Assembly (NCBI RefSeq): GCF_006345805.1
Contig: NC_043003.1
Location: 99,696,001-99,760,000 of the forward strand
Source: Octopus sinensis
Taxonomy: Eukaryota
Reading direction: 5' to 3'
Length of the DNA: 64,000 nucleotides
The notes below the pieces were generated by a model. That model searched no databases. It was not told the origin of the DNA and saw only the letters and a program-made list of their open reading frames with translations. This document shows, in pieces, positions 1 to 12,559 of this stretch (its first letter is position 1; every line of letters starts with the position of its first letter). Made by a program: the position numbers and the translations under genes.

Positions 1-21
1 ATACACACACACACACACATA

Positions 22-84
<63 letters not shown>

Positions 85-93
85 ATATTATAT

Positions 94-125
<32 letters not shown>

Positions 126-128
126 TAC

Positions 129-294
129 ACGATGGCTTTTTTTCAGTTTCCGTCAACTAAATTTATTCACAAAGTTTCTGGTCGGCCCAAGGCTATAGTA
201 GAAGATACTTGCCCAAGAAGCCACGCAGTGGGACTGAACCTAGAACCATGTGATTGGGAAGCAAGCTTCTTATCACACAGCCACGCCTGCGCCT
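129..294 (-). mobile_element. tRNA-derived SINE, family A, 5' half
   Basis: Reverse-complement match to the head and central region of the copy at 3095-3505 (ggttcagtcccactgcgtggc..cttgggcaag). Confidence 0.8.
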
Positions 295-318
295 ATATAT
301 ATATAATTGGCTGTCCGT

Positions 319-617
319 GAGTTACAGTGACGAGTGTTACAGTTGATCCAATTAACAGAAGAGCCTACACTGGAAATTAACGTGCAAGTGGTTGGATATT
401 CCACAGGCACGCCTACCCTTAACGTAGTTCTTAGGGAGTTTCAGCGAAGCGCAGAGTGTGATAATACTGGCCCTTTGAAATACATGTTCAACTAATTTTG
501 TCCAATAGACTGGAGGAATGGAAATAAAGTGTCTTATTCAAGGACACAATATGCCGCTAGGAATCGAACTCACAACCTTGAACTGAATACTCTAACCACT
601 TAGCCACGAGCCTTCAT
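319..617 (-). mobile_element. tRNA-derived SINE, family B
   Basis: Minus strand begins atgaaggctcgtggctaagtggttagagtattc..gtgagttcgattcc, with Pol III A/B-box-like motifs. Confidence 0.65.
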
Positions 618-674
618 CCCTTTCTCTCTGACTCTTTGGAGAGAAAAATAGAATTGAATTAAATTTTGTAGAAC

Positions 675-749
<75 letters not shown>

Positions 750-1158
750 ATATCCTGTATGTCGGTCTATTCATCTATTTATCGGTCTGTCTATTTATTT
801 ATCTTGCCCTTCTGTTGATCTATATGTTTATCGATTATCTATCCATCTGTCTGCTAATCTACATGTCTATCTCTCTCCCAAAACATGTACCAAGCCACAC
901 ACACATACGCGCGCGCCAGAGCACACATTTCTCTCTGCCTATCTTGTTTGCTTGCTTCCTAACTTTGTGCCTTGCAGTCTATTTACTTATAGAAGAATCT
1001 TGTGCGCACACTCGTGTGTCTTTGTATAAGTTGAATCTTTCTACTGTGTCTGCTTTCAGCCAATAAGCCAATCAAATTATTTAGAAAGTATCTATCTATT
1101 AATCTATCTGTCTATCTACCCATCTGTCTGTCTATCTGTCTGTCTATCTCTCTATCTA

Positions 1159-1201
<43 letters not shown>

Positions 1202-1206
1202 GTCTA

Positions 1207-1238
<32 letters not shown>

Positions 1239-1514
1239 ATTTTTCATTCTTTCTTTCAATTTATCTGTCTACCTATTTATCTTTCTTCGTATCTTTGTTT
1301 ACATATCTTCCTATCTACTCAACTTTCTCTCTACTTATCTATTTATGCTTCTATGTATCTTCCAAGTTTTCTATCTATCTATCTATCTATCTATCAGTGT
1401 TTCTGTCTATCAGTCAACCTATCTGTCTATCTATCTATCAATGTTTCTATGTATTTATATATCTACCTATTTATTTATCTACCTATCTATCCTCACGTCA
1501 TTATCCTATGCTTA

Positions 1515-1903
1515 AAGCGGCGAGCTGGCAGAAACGTTAGCACGCCGGGCGAAATGTTTATCGGTATTTCGTCTGCCGCTACGTTCTGAGTTCAAATTCC
1601 GCCAAGGTCGACTTTGTCTTTCATCCTTTCTGGGTCGATTAAATAAGTACCAGTTACGCACTGGGGTCGATATAATCGACTTAATCTGTTTGTCCTCTCT
1701 GTGTTTAGCCCCTTGTGGATAGTAAAGAAATAGGTATTTCGTCTGTCTTTACGTTCTGAGTTCAAATTCTGCCGAGGTCGACTTTGCTTTTCATCCTTTC
1801 GGGGTCGATAAATTAAGTACCAGTTGCGTACTGGAGTCGATCTAATCGACTGACTCCCACCCCAAAAATTTCGGGCCTTATGCCTAGAGTAGAAAAGATT
1901 ATC
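1515..1903 (+). mobile_element. Dimeric tRNA-derived SINE, family C (Meta-domain-like core), with 13-bp TSD
   Basis: A-box-like ggcgagctggcagaa and B-box-like gagttcaaattcc. The core gtcgactttg.cttcatccttt.ggggtcgat occurs twice. TSD tatcctatgctta at 1502-1514 and 1904-1916. Confidence 0.85.
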
Positions 1904-2261
1904 TATCCTATGCTTATTAAAACTCACTCAATTACCCCACACAAACACTCACACACAATCACCCAGTCGCACTCAAATGTGATACCTATAGACACTTTGT
2001 ACTTCTAAGAAACTAGAAACACGCTATGACCATCTATGACTAGAAACAGTTCAGAAATCACAAACATTATTACCCTCAAGGGAGCTACATAAAGAGATAC
2101 GCTTTGGCTTTAATTGCTATCAACAGTTATTGAAATTTCTCCATGTGTGATATCTCTGATCCCTAGGTGATATTATTGAGGAATATTCAGGAGTCTATAA
2201 AGTACATCCCGAAGCCATGGTTGTAGTGTCACAGATATTAAGTGATACCACATGTGTGAGT

Positions 2262-2485
2262 GTCCTTTTCTTCTGTTACTTGTTTCCGTCATTATATTGG
2301 TGCCATACTGGGGCACTGCTTTGAAAAGCTGTAGTCCACTAAATCTATCACAGAATTAATTTATTTAAAGCCTGGTACTTATTCTATCGTTCTTTTTTGC
2401 TGAACGGCTGAGTTACGGAAACGCAAACACACTATCACCGGTTGATCAAGCAGTGGTAGGGGACAAACATAGACACAAAAAGACG
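2262..2485 (-). mobile_element. Degenerate SINE family A, 3' half
   Basis: Reverse complement of the family A tail (gatagaataagtacc..., gaaacaagtaa). Confidence 0.6.
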
Positions 2486-2587
2486 CACATACATATACAC
2501 ACACACACACACAAGTAGGAAGCCCATCGTGTATACATATATGTATGCAACTCGCCGTATATATATATATATATATTATATATATAC

Positions 2588-2654
<67 letters not shown>

Positions 2655-2657
2655 ATT

Positions 2658-2730
<73 letters not shown>

Positions 2731-2734
<4 letters not shown>

Positions 2735-3077
2735 GGGGGTAAAGACCCCCTTCGGTCATGAATGACCATGGGATTGCACCTAGAAAGTTACCCTCCTAGA
2801 CACAAGTCCGGGCAAGGTTGTTTATGGAAGACCAGCAGTCGCCCATGCATACCGGCCTCCCCTCTCCACGCCACCTGTGTTATCCAAGGGAAAGACAAAG
2901 GTCGATACAGCTTGGCACCAGTGACGTCGCAACTCATTTCTACAGCTGAGTGAACCGGAGCAACGTGAAATAAAGTGCCTTGCTCAAGAACACAACACGC
3001 AGCCCGGTCCGGGATTCGAGGTCACAACCTCACGATCGTAAGCTCGACGCTCTAACCACTGAGCCATGCGCCTTCAC
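2731..3077 (-). mobile_element. tRNA-derived SINE, family D, with CORE-like central segment
   Basis: Minus strand gtgaaggcgcatggctcagtggttagagcgtcg..tcgaatcccggacc followed by cttgagcaaggcactt..cagctgtagaaatgag. Confidence 0.8.
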
Positions 3078-3094
3078 ATATATATATATATATA

Positions 3095-3505
3095 GGCGCA
3101 GGAGTGGCTGTGTGGTAAGTAGCTTGCTAACCAACCACATGGTTCCGGGTTCAGTCCCACTGCGTGGCATCTTGGGCAAGTGTCTTCTGCTATAGCCCCG
3201 GGCCGACCAATGCCTTGTGAGTGGATTTGGTAGACGGAAACTGAAAGAAGCCTGTCGTATATATGTATATATATATGTATGTGTGTGTGTTTGTGTGTCT
3301 GTGTTTGTTCCCCTAGCATTGCTTGACAACCGATGCTGGGCTGTTTACGTCCCCGTCACTTAGCGGTTCGGCAAAAAGAGACCGATAGAATAAGTACTGG
3401 GCTTACAAAAAGAATGAGTCCCGGGGTCGAGTTGCTCGACTAAAAGGCGGTGCTCCAGTCAAAATAACTGAAACAAGTAAAAGAATAAAAGAATAAAAGA
3501 AAGAA
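3095..3505 (+). mobile_element. Full-length tRNA-derived SINE, family A
   Basis: Head ggcgcaggagtggctgtgtggtaag..ggttcagtccc, internal (TA/TG) tract and (aaagaat)n tail. Many copies in the window. Confidence 0.85.
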
Positions 3506-3524
3506 TATATATATATATATATAC

Positions 3525-3662
3525 ACGGCGAGCTGCTTTCAATTTCCGTCTACTAACTCCACTCGCAAGGCTTTGGTGCACTCGAGATTATAGTAGAAGG
3601 TACTACACAGTGGGATTGAACCCAGAACCATGTGGTTGGAAAGCAAACTTCTTACAGCCACA
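3525..3662 (-). mobile_element. SINE family A fragment
   Basis: Reverse-complement similarity to 3095-3250. Confidence 0.6.
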
Positions 3663-5231
3663 CATGACTGATAATCATTTGCTGTTAGTAATATCTTTTA
3701 ACTATAAAACGATATCCTTTATCCATAAGTGATATTCATTAAACACGTGGGATAATCTCTCAATGGTGACAAATATCCCTCATCCTTAATTAAAACTGTT
3801 AGTGATGTTCTTCAGCGGTTTGAAATATCATTTTTTTTTTTTTTCATTTTATGGTTCGATTAGTGAGAGGTTCGATTACTGAGAGGTTCGAAATATCTTT
3901 TAATTATATAAATATATTCTTTAGACATCGTTGCGGAACTGGCCACTGACTGACCCTTGCAAACTGATACTTTGATTAATCAGTCAAAACATATCTTTTA
4001 TTAGTTTCTAATTTATTACTTCCTTCAAACTGATTGATGACATTAGGCGATATAAATGTTGGTTGGTTGGTTGGTTGGTTAGATGGTTGGATGAAAGGAG
4101 GGGGTGAGGGAGAAAGTAAAACAAAAAGAGAGAGCTAACATGAGGTGCGGAATGAGTGCACACACTAAGCTCGGTGGCAGGCAATGTGTAAAAGGAACAC
4201 ATACACACACTCACACACATGTACACACTCACTCGTGCACACACAAAGAGAGAGAGAGAATAAGAGAGACAAAGGAGGAGAAGAGGGAGTAAATGACAGA
4301 GTGTTTATGGTAGAAGTTATACAAATGAGAAATTTGTTTTATTGAATGTTATTTTAAGCTAACGAATATCTTTTCTTTTGAAAAGTTGTATTCGTTTAAT
4401 CAATTTGTATAAGCACCAAGAAATTTGATAAAATTAAATTATAATAATTATATGTGTAGCATATTTCTTGATATTAACTAAAGTGGCAAAAAGTATACTT
4501 CGAAAGTTACTCATCATAAAGACGGAAAACACTCTTATATATTCATAATAAAGGTATTGATTCCATGAAGAAGGTCGTCGAACGCAATTATTAATAATTC
4601 TTGATGACCATGATCGTTATGTGCCCGATTTACTAACCACTCTGGATTCCATCATCACGTCACTTTATACACCACACGAGCAATGATCACATCTACATCC
4701 ACAAACCAATTGTGATTACATTGATGCTCAATTACAATACCGAACTGACTATATCAATGCTCTCAGTTATATTATACTGACCTCATAACTGTTAGTGCAA
4801 CATTAAATATTACCCCGTCCACTAGTCATCCAGAACCACACCATTCAACAGTCATCTAGCCCTACAACACACACCATACCTATCATCAATGAAACATTCA
4901 TTAATCACCTAACATTATACTTCCCACTATCAATTACTCATTATCACACTAAACAACATCCACCCGCCCCCACCAACCATACGACCAATACATACCTAGC
5001 ATCATACATACACCCTTCACCATCCATCACCACATCACTCTTTAATCATCCAGTATATCTGTTTCCATTCACCTCATCACTAAATCAATTAATTAATCAC
5101 CATCCAAAAAAGAACATTAAAAATTCTATAATTGCGCCGATAAAAGCAATTTAGAAAGTCCAAGCAAATGAAACGTTAGAAAAGATTAAAAGCAGAAAAG
5201 AAAGTTAAAAAAATAACAAACTTTAACTTAC

Positions 5232-7086
5232 TTGAAAGGATTAAAGCCACAATTCCAAAGACAGGGTTAAAAAAGATGGTTGTACACAAAGCTAACCAGA
5301 GGTAGTTCGATGGTTTTGCTTCTAAAAGTAAATTGTCTATCCCTGATGGATCCGAAGGTGAGGTGTAAGTTCCGGCAGGTAAATCATGTGTAAGGACCCG
5401 AGCGGAATGTGATTTCTCTTCAACATTAATGGTTTCCGTAGGTGATTGGATTTCAGCTTTCCCAATAGAATAACGTTCTCTATGTTCCGGATAATGTTTA
5501 GGTTTAGCTCCCTGAGAATCTCGTCTAGGTGCTGTGTGATGTACTTTATCTTTACTGCGTGCTACTGAGACTCGCTCACTGGAGTCCGTCGATGGCATCT
5601 TCGTGATTCGAACGGGTATTGCTGCTGAAAATGTTTTAAATTCTTCAATTGTTCTTTCTCGGTTCCTATTTGAGTGGATGAAAGTATCTGGTATCTCTAC
5701 CGCTCGACAAGTGCCGCGATAGACCGTTTTATCAGCTCCTTCATCATTAGAGTAAAAATGGATGCGATTTCTGCTTTTAGGGACAGGTCTTACTTCTGCT
5801 AAAGTAGGGTTCACTTTTGAGTAGTAGTTTGCCTTCTCTTCTGAATATGATTTACGAGTTGGTATATCTTCAATACGACGATTGTTTGTAAAGTCTATAG
5901 TATGTCTCGAGGGATTCATTCTGTTCTCAATAGGGTCCGAGTATTTCATTGATGTTTTCTTATGGTTCTCTTGTTCCGTTTTCAAAATTTTCTCCAAGTG
6001 CATGGCACAAAATTCACATTGACCTATACTTTTATATCGCTTTGACTTTGCTCCAAAGCTTTCGACTTTAGTTCGACGCAACTGAAAATCTGCGGCGGAT
6101 ATGGGTTTAATTGCGTTTGACTTTTTGATAGTTTTCTCAGAAGTTTCTGGTGATACTTTACAAATCGATCTTGAATCTTGTTGAGGGCTAATAAAGTAGT
6201 CGTCTTCTTCCACCATAGTCTTGCTAAATTCTTCAGCTTTCTTGGTCATTTGTAACATAACTTTCTTCCGTGGTTGTTTGTTTGGGCAAAGTGCAATATT
6301 TCCGGAAAAACATGCCGTACACTTCATGCACGGACGGGAGTTAAAAGGTACAAAGTTTCTGATATCTTCACTATATCTCTTCGAATCGAGTTTCCGATTG
6401 GAATATTCGTTGTCCGTAAATTCGCTGTTTTTCCTGAGTTTCTCGGTGGCTTTCTCTTCTGTACAATCCTGTTTGTTTTTCATTTTATCAGTGGAACTAG
6501 TTTTGCGAAAGAGTTCATTAGTTGTCCCTTTCTCCTGGGTACCATCTCTCGAATCCTGTTGCAAAGATTTTCCAAACGTCGAGCAGTCAGTATTTTCATA
6601 TCTTGTTTGGAAATTCTCATTCAGAATTTCCGTCTCAGTGTATTTCCCATCGTTTACAGAGAAGTTTTTATTGCTGTCATAATTAGTAACTTCATGAAGT
6701 GACCGGTCTGCCATGTCCAAGCAAATGGCATTTCCGTTGTCATTAACAGAGACAGAATTAGTTGGATTTGAAACAGGATTTGCAGAAGACGAGCCGAACT
6801 CAGCATTTGAACATTGATTTGATTGTTCAAACTGACTCTGGCAAGAAACTTTACTGGGATCAGTACCTTCATATTTGGGATTTTCGGTACTGTCATATGA
6901 ACAGTCGTGAGTTTCCTTATCATTGTTCATCTCTGCAGATGCATCACTAAAGTAGATAGTTCTCTGTTGTTGCTGTTGCATTTTCTGCCGCTGCTGCAGT
7001 TGTTGCTGTTGACCGTTGATGTTTTCTTCAGTAGCAGCAAACTTCTTGCCGTCACAAGAACTAATTACATTCGTTAGCGCATCCAT
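5232..7086 (-). CDS. Large coding exon of a CD225/dispanin-family (PRRT1/PRRT2/TRARG1-like) membrane protein with a long N-terminal extension; 3' exon(s) not found in window
   Basis: 636-codon ORF, the only long non-repeat, non-TE ORF. ATG at 7086 in good context (gcaATGG) with an in-frame TAG 10 codons upstream. Ends in KPSNYLWLALCTTIFFNPVFGIVALILS, matching the first hydrophobic segment of CD225, followed by TCA A|gtaagt (phase-1 donor, intron starts at 5231). The ORF-track tail to 5176 is intronic read-through. Confidence 0.85.
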
Positions 7087-7239
7087 TGCAAAGTGTGTAC
7101 AAGCCTCTTCTCTCTATCCACTTGTATTTTCCACTCCGTGTGTCGCTTCACGCAACTCTGCTTTCGATGGCTCAGTGTAAATCTGTCAAATGCAGGGATT
7201 CCAAGCTCCAACTTGCATGTGGAACAAACAAAACAATCT

Positions 7240-7280
7240 GCCGCTCTCGGCTGGCGCATGCGTACGTCGTCGACGAAATC
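7240..7280 (-). promoter_or_regulatory. Candidate proximal promoter element of the CD225-domain gene
   Basis: Short CpG-dense patch (ggctggcgcatgcgtacgtcgtcgacg) in a CpG-poor window. It contains GCGCATGCGT (NRF1-like palindrome, 7254-7263) about 170 bp upstream of the ATG. No transcript evidence. Confidence 0.3.
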
Positions 7281-7384
7281 TTACTATTTCGTAGAAATCA
7301 AAACTGCGTGAGCTGCTAAATAAACTTCACTACGAGATTGCTTATTATATAAAGTAATGCTCACCATTCTGTGTGGCTGTCTGC

Positions 7385-7490
<106 letters not shown>

Positions 7491-8393
7491 CTCTAACTCT
7501 CTCTGTCTCTTTCTCTCTCTCTAACTATCAATCTATTTATCTATCTATCTGTCTGTCTATCTCTGTATCTCTCTATACACACACACACACACACACTACA
7601 CTGATTTAGGAATGTTGGTGATGAAAAAATAATGATAATAACAAGCAGAAGGAGGTAGAAGAAGAGAAGGAGTAAAGCAGGAGTAAGGGAAGGAGGAATA
7701 CGACGAATCTACAGGTGTAAGAAGAGAAAGTGAAAAACAAAATTACGATGAACAACACAGCAGCAGCAGCAGCAACAACAGTGAAAGAGCGGGATGAGAA
7801 GAATCGCAAATAAAGAAGGAACTTCTATGTCGACACAAATTCGATTTTAATAGGTTTATTTCAATAGGCAATGGTGTGAACAACAGTTTTATACACACAC
7901 GAAGTCGCATTTATATATGTATATATATATGTGTGTGTGTGTGTATGTATGTACTTATATATATATACTTATGCGTGAGTCTGTGTATGTATACATTTAG
8001 AGAGAGAGGGGGAAGAGATATAGATATACATGCATACACAATACTCACGCATACACACATACATGTATGCATACTTACATACATACATACATGTACACAC
8101 ATCTTTTGCACGCTTCAGTTATTGGACTACGGCCATACTGGGGCACCGTTGTAAAGGGTTCGATTCCTCATGTCGACCGTTTTACTAATTTTTATCTGCA
8201 CTACTTATTTTCAGTGGTCGAACAGCTAAGTCATGCTACATAAAGGATCATACACACGCAACACCGGCTTTTGGCCGGTAAAAGCATATATACATACAAA
8301 TTCAATACATACATCTACATACATATATGTATGCATGTTTGTGTATGTATTTGTTCATGTATGTATACGTATGCATATATGTATATATGCATG

Positions 8394-8483
<90 letters not shown>

Positions 8484-9226
8484 ATGTATGTATGTATGTA
8501 TATATGTATATATATATATATATATAATATATATATATATACAAACATACATACATACACAAACATACATACATACATACATGTATGTATACGTGTAAGT
8601 ATGTATGATCTATGAGATTTTATTTTAATTTTTGTTTGTTTTCTTTTCCGTTTTTTTTCTCCTTTTTTTTTTACCTTTGCTGTATTTCAGCCGGTTGCTA
8701 GCAAAATGATACGATTCCATTGTCTAAGTGAGACAGCTCTTAGAGTTTGTGCTTACCTAAATTCACTGACGTATGCTTACTGTATGCGTACTGTATGTAA
8801 TGTATAAATGTGGGTATGTATATAAGCGTATATGATTTTCTTTTTATTTATCAGTCTATGTATACATGCATACATGCGTGTCTGCATATTGGGATTATTT
8901 TATAAATATACTATTTTTTGGCTAATTCATAATTTCTGTAGATTGTTTTGTCTCGTGTTTCTATTCCTGTCGCAACTTATACGCGACACTTCCATAGAAG
9001 TTTGCTCACTTGTAAAAAGAATTCTTATTGAAATGACGTCATTCATGAATAGATGTATATATACGTATGTGCGCGCGTGTGTGTGTGCATATATGTATGC
9101 ACGTGTGTGTGGGGGTGTGCATATATATGTGTGAGTGCGCGCGTGCTCGTGTTGTGAGTATCTACAAATGTGCACCATTCCCTTTTTATAAAACATAAAA
9201 CAGACAAGCAACTATGTATGAATATG

Positions 9227-9272
<46 letters not shown>

Positions 9273-9435
9273 GATATTACCCTCTTTTTCTCTCCTCCAC
9301 CTTTTCTCTTTGTATCGGTATATATGCGTGTTTGCATGTTTGAGGGGCGTGGTTGTGGAATGTGTGCGTGTGTATGTATGTATATTAATGCGTATTAATG
9401 TTGAAAAAATACTCGTGAAAAACAGGACCATGAAC

Positions 9436-9467
<32 letters not shown>

Positions 9468-9589
9468 ACTCAACATATACCCTCTCGTAAGCGCTCGTCA
9501 GCACACGCACTTTCGCATATGGTTACACACATCTATGGGAATATACGTGAATGTGTAAACATACATACATATGTGTGTGTGTGTATGTG

Positions 9590-9621
<32 letters not shown>

Positions 9622-9623
9622 CA

Positions 9624-9663
<40 letters not shown>

Positions 9664-10360
9664 AACATACATACATACAAACATACATATATATGTGTGT
9701 GTTTATGTATATATATATATGTGTGTGTGTGTGTCGAAAACTCACGCGCGCGCAGACATGCTACCCGAAGTATTTTGCGCGCAATATTTTTAGTAGCAAT
9801 CGTTTATATATGTCTGTGTGTGCGTTTGTGTGTGCGTGTATTTGTGTGAGTCTGTGTATATGTATGTGTGTGTTTGTATGTGTATGTGCATGAGTGTGTC
9901 TGCACGCGCACGCGTTTGCGCGTTTGTGAGTATGTGTGTCTCTGTGTGTGCGTGTTTGTATGTCTGCATATTTGTGTGTGCGTATGTGTGTGTGTGCACG
10001 CGCCTACACACTCAGAAAGGCTATCATTCACACTTGCACATATATATTCTTATATATACGCATACATACATATATATGTATATGTATGAATGTATACACA
10101 CATAGTGCGTACTCATACATCTTTCTCCTCTCTCTCTCTTTCTCTTTTCTCTCTCTCTCTCTCTCTCACTCTCTTCCTCTTTCCCTCTTCCTGCAACTCT
10201 TACACAGTTAATGTTGCAGCCTTATATTCTTCCTTCTATCCGGCAACAAAAATATCATCGGGAAAATTATATATAAAGAACCTGATTGTGTGTATTTATT
10301 TTGAGTTGTAGATGTGTGTATGCGAGTGTGTGTGTGTGTGTGTCTGTGTGTGTGACTCTG

Positions 10361-10402
<42 letters not shown>

Positions 10403-11196
10403 GCTGTTATTATTGTTGTCAATAGCCGCGACCAGCTGTTCGTACACACCTACGGTCAAAGACCATGAAAGATATTTTGCTGTTATTTCTAACATGTCAC
10501 AAAAGTATGTAAACACTACTTCAGAGAGTCGCGTGCGCGAGTGTGGGTACCTGTGTATGAGAGAGAAGGAATGTATGTGTGTGTGTGTGAGAGAGAGAGA
10601 GAATGGGTGTGTTTGTATGTGAAAGGAAATGATAGTGCACATGCGTGTGTACGCGTGTGTGCGAGAAAAAGTGTGCGTGAATGCATGTGAAAGACAATGA
10701 GAAAGTGCGCGCGCGTTTGGACAGTGTGTGCGTTTATGTTTGTATATGTATATATGCACTTTACTGTACGCGCGTATGTTTGTATGTGTGTGCTTGTCTG
10801 TGTGTTTGTTTGTGTGTGTGTGTTATGTGTATGTGTGTGTATGTGTGTTGTGTGTGTGTGTGTGTGTGTGCGCGCGCGCGCCTGTGTCTGTAGTTATTCT
10901 TTTTTCTTGTGACACCTGATTGTTAACAGTAAATATTATATATTGGTTGTTTGAACTGCACACAAAACGATAAACGAAAGTATATTCTGCCTGTGTGAAT
11001 AAAATTAAAATGCATGTATGTGTATGATTGTGTGTTTATGCGAATGTATGCCTGTATGTGTATGTGTGTATATGCGTATATGTGCATATGTAAGATTGAT
11101 TGTGTGTGTGTATGTATAATTCTGAGAGTATGCGAACGTACAGGTACGCGCGTACAGAGAACTAAATTTTTTGATAGTCGTATTAGAGTTTATCTA

Positions 11197-11460
11197 TGTT
11201 CATTTTTAATTTACCTACGTTCCATTTTAGTTTATTCACATTCATTTTAATTCCTCTGCGTTCATTTTAATTTATATATGTTCATTTTAGTCGATCTATT
11301 TGCCTTCATTTTTAGTGTATCCGTTTATTTTAGTTCATCAATGTTCATTTTAGCATATCTATATTTATATTTTGTATCTATTTTCATTTTAGTTTATCTA
11401 CGTTCATTTTTATTGTCCTATGTTAATTTATTGTTCTGTGTTCATATCTCTGTTCATCTA
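11197..11460. repeat. Degenerate ~20-bp minisatellite (gttcattttag core)
   Basis: The ttcatttta motif recurs about every 20 bp with variable linkers. Confidence 0.6.
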
Positions 11461-11745
11461 AATTCCCTGTTATGAACGTCGGTTAACATAAAGGAGAAAA
11501 TGACAGAGAAGCAATCAACAAACCGTCGAACAGTCCGCCAGCAAACTCGCCGAACCATTATCTACATACCAAAAGAATAGGTGTGTGTTTACGTTCTTAT
11601 AATTTACTATGATTTCTAAAAACTTTATATTTGAAAATTTTTTAAGTCCTTGTAGCTAATTCTGCGTCCATGTTTATGTATTTGAGAAATAAGCACAGAC
11701 ACAATTACACACAAGCGCGCGCATATACATACATACATACATACA

Positions 11746-11841
<96 letters not shown>

Positions 11842-11844
11842 CAT

Positions 11845-12007
11845 GACGGGCTTCTCAAAGTTTCCGTCGACCAAATCCACTTACAAGGCTTTGGTTGGCC
11901 CGAGGCAATAGTAGAAGGCACTTGCCCAATGTGCCACGCAGTGGGACTGAAATTAGACCTATGTGGTTGAGAAGCAAGTTTCTTACCACGCAACCACACC
12001 TGCACCT
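11845..12007 (-). mobile_element. SINE family A, 5' half
   Basis: Reverse-complement match to the family A head and central domain. Confidence 0.8.
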
Positions 12008-12450
12008 ATGTATAGCTAGACAGACAGGCGGACCGACACGCACACAAGCGCGTAATCATTTGAAAGTATGTCATACGTTTATTCAGACGGTACATATTCC
12101 TCTTAACCTCTTTCAAGGGACATGACCCCTGGAAAGAGTTATTCCAAACTCTGTAGAAGTGTAGAGTATATATTCGAAGAAAATAAATACATATAAACTG
12201 CGTTTTAAGATGCATTAAGTGACATATTCAATAGTGTTCCTTTTAATCGCATTAAGATTAGTGTGTGGGTGAATGGATAGCAATGTAAGAGTTGTGAAGT
12301 AGAAAAATGTTTTTTCTACTCTGTACAAACACTTTCTGTTATAGAACTCACTACTTTGGATAGAGAGGATAGGTGTGTTTGTTGAATCAAAAACTGATAG
12401 TCTAGTGGACTATTCATGATTTTCTCTCTCTTTCTCTCTCTCTCTCTCTT

Positions 12451-12489
<39 letters not shown>

Positions 12490-12559
12490 TTCAATATATA
12501 TATACACACATACACTCACTCACTCAGGGGGAGAGTTGTTTAACACTTTTAGCCAATTA

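Noticed and set aside
2731-3505. tRNA-like sequences as tRNA genes
   Set aside because: They are multicopy SINE heads followed by SINE body and tail, with no complete cloverleaf.
5176-5231. C-terminal SKLKFVIFLTFFSAFNLF of the 636-aa ORF
   Set aside because: It lies after a consensus GTAAGT donor and is probably intronic.
6221-6702. Plus-strand ORFs of 153 and 142 aa
   Set aside because: They are antisense shadows of the dispanin exon.
8691-8727. Possible 37-nt plus-strand exon (polypyrimidine tract plus tttcag; AA|GTGAGA)
   Set aside because: Splice-like signals alone are common in AT-rich DNA, and there is no supporting reading frame or neighbouring exons.
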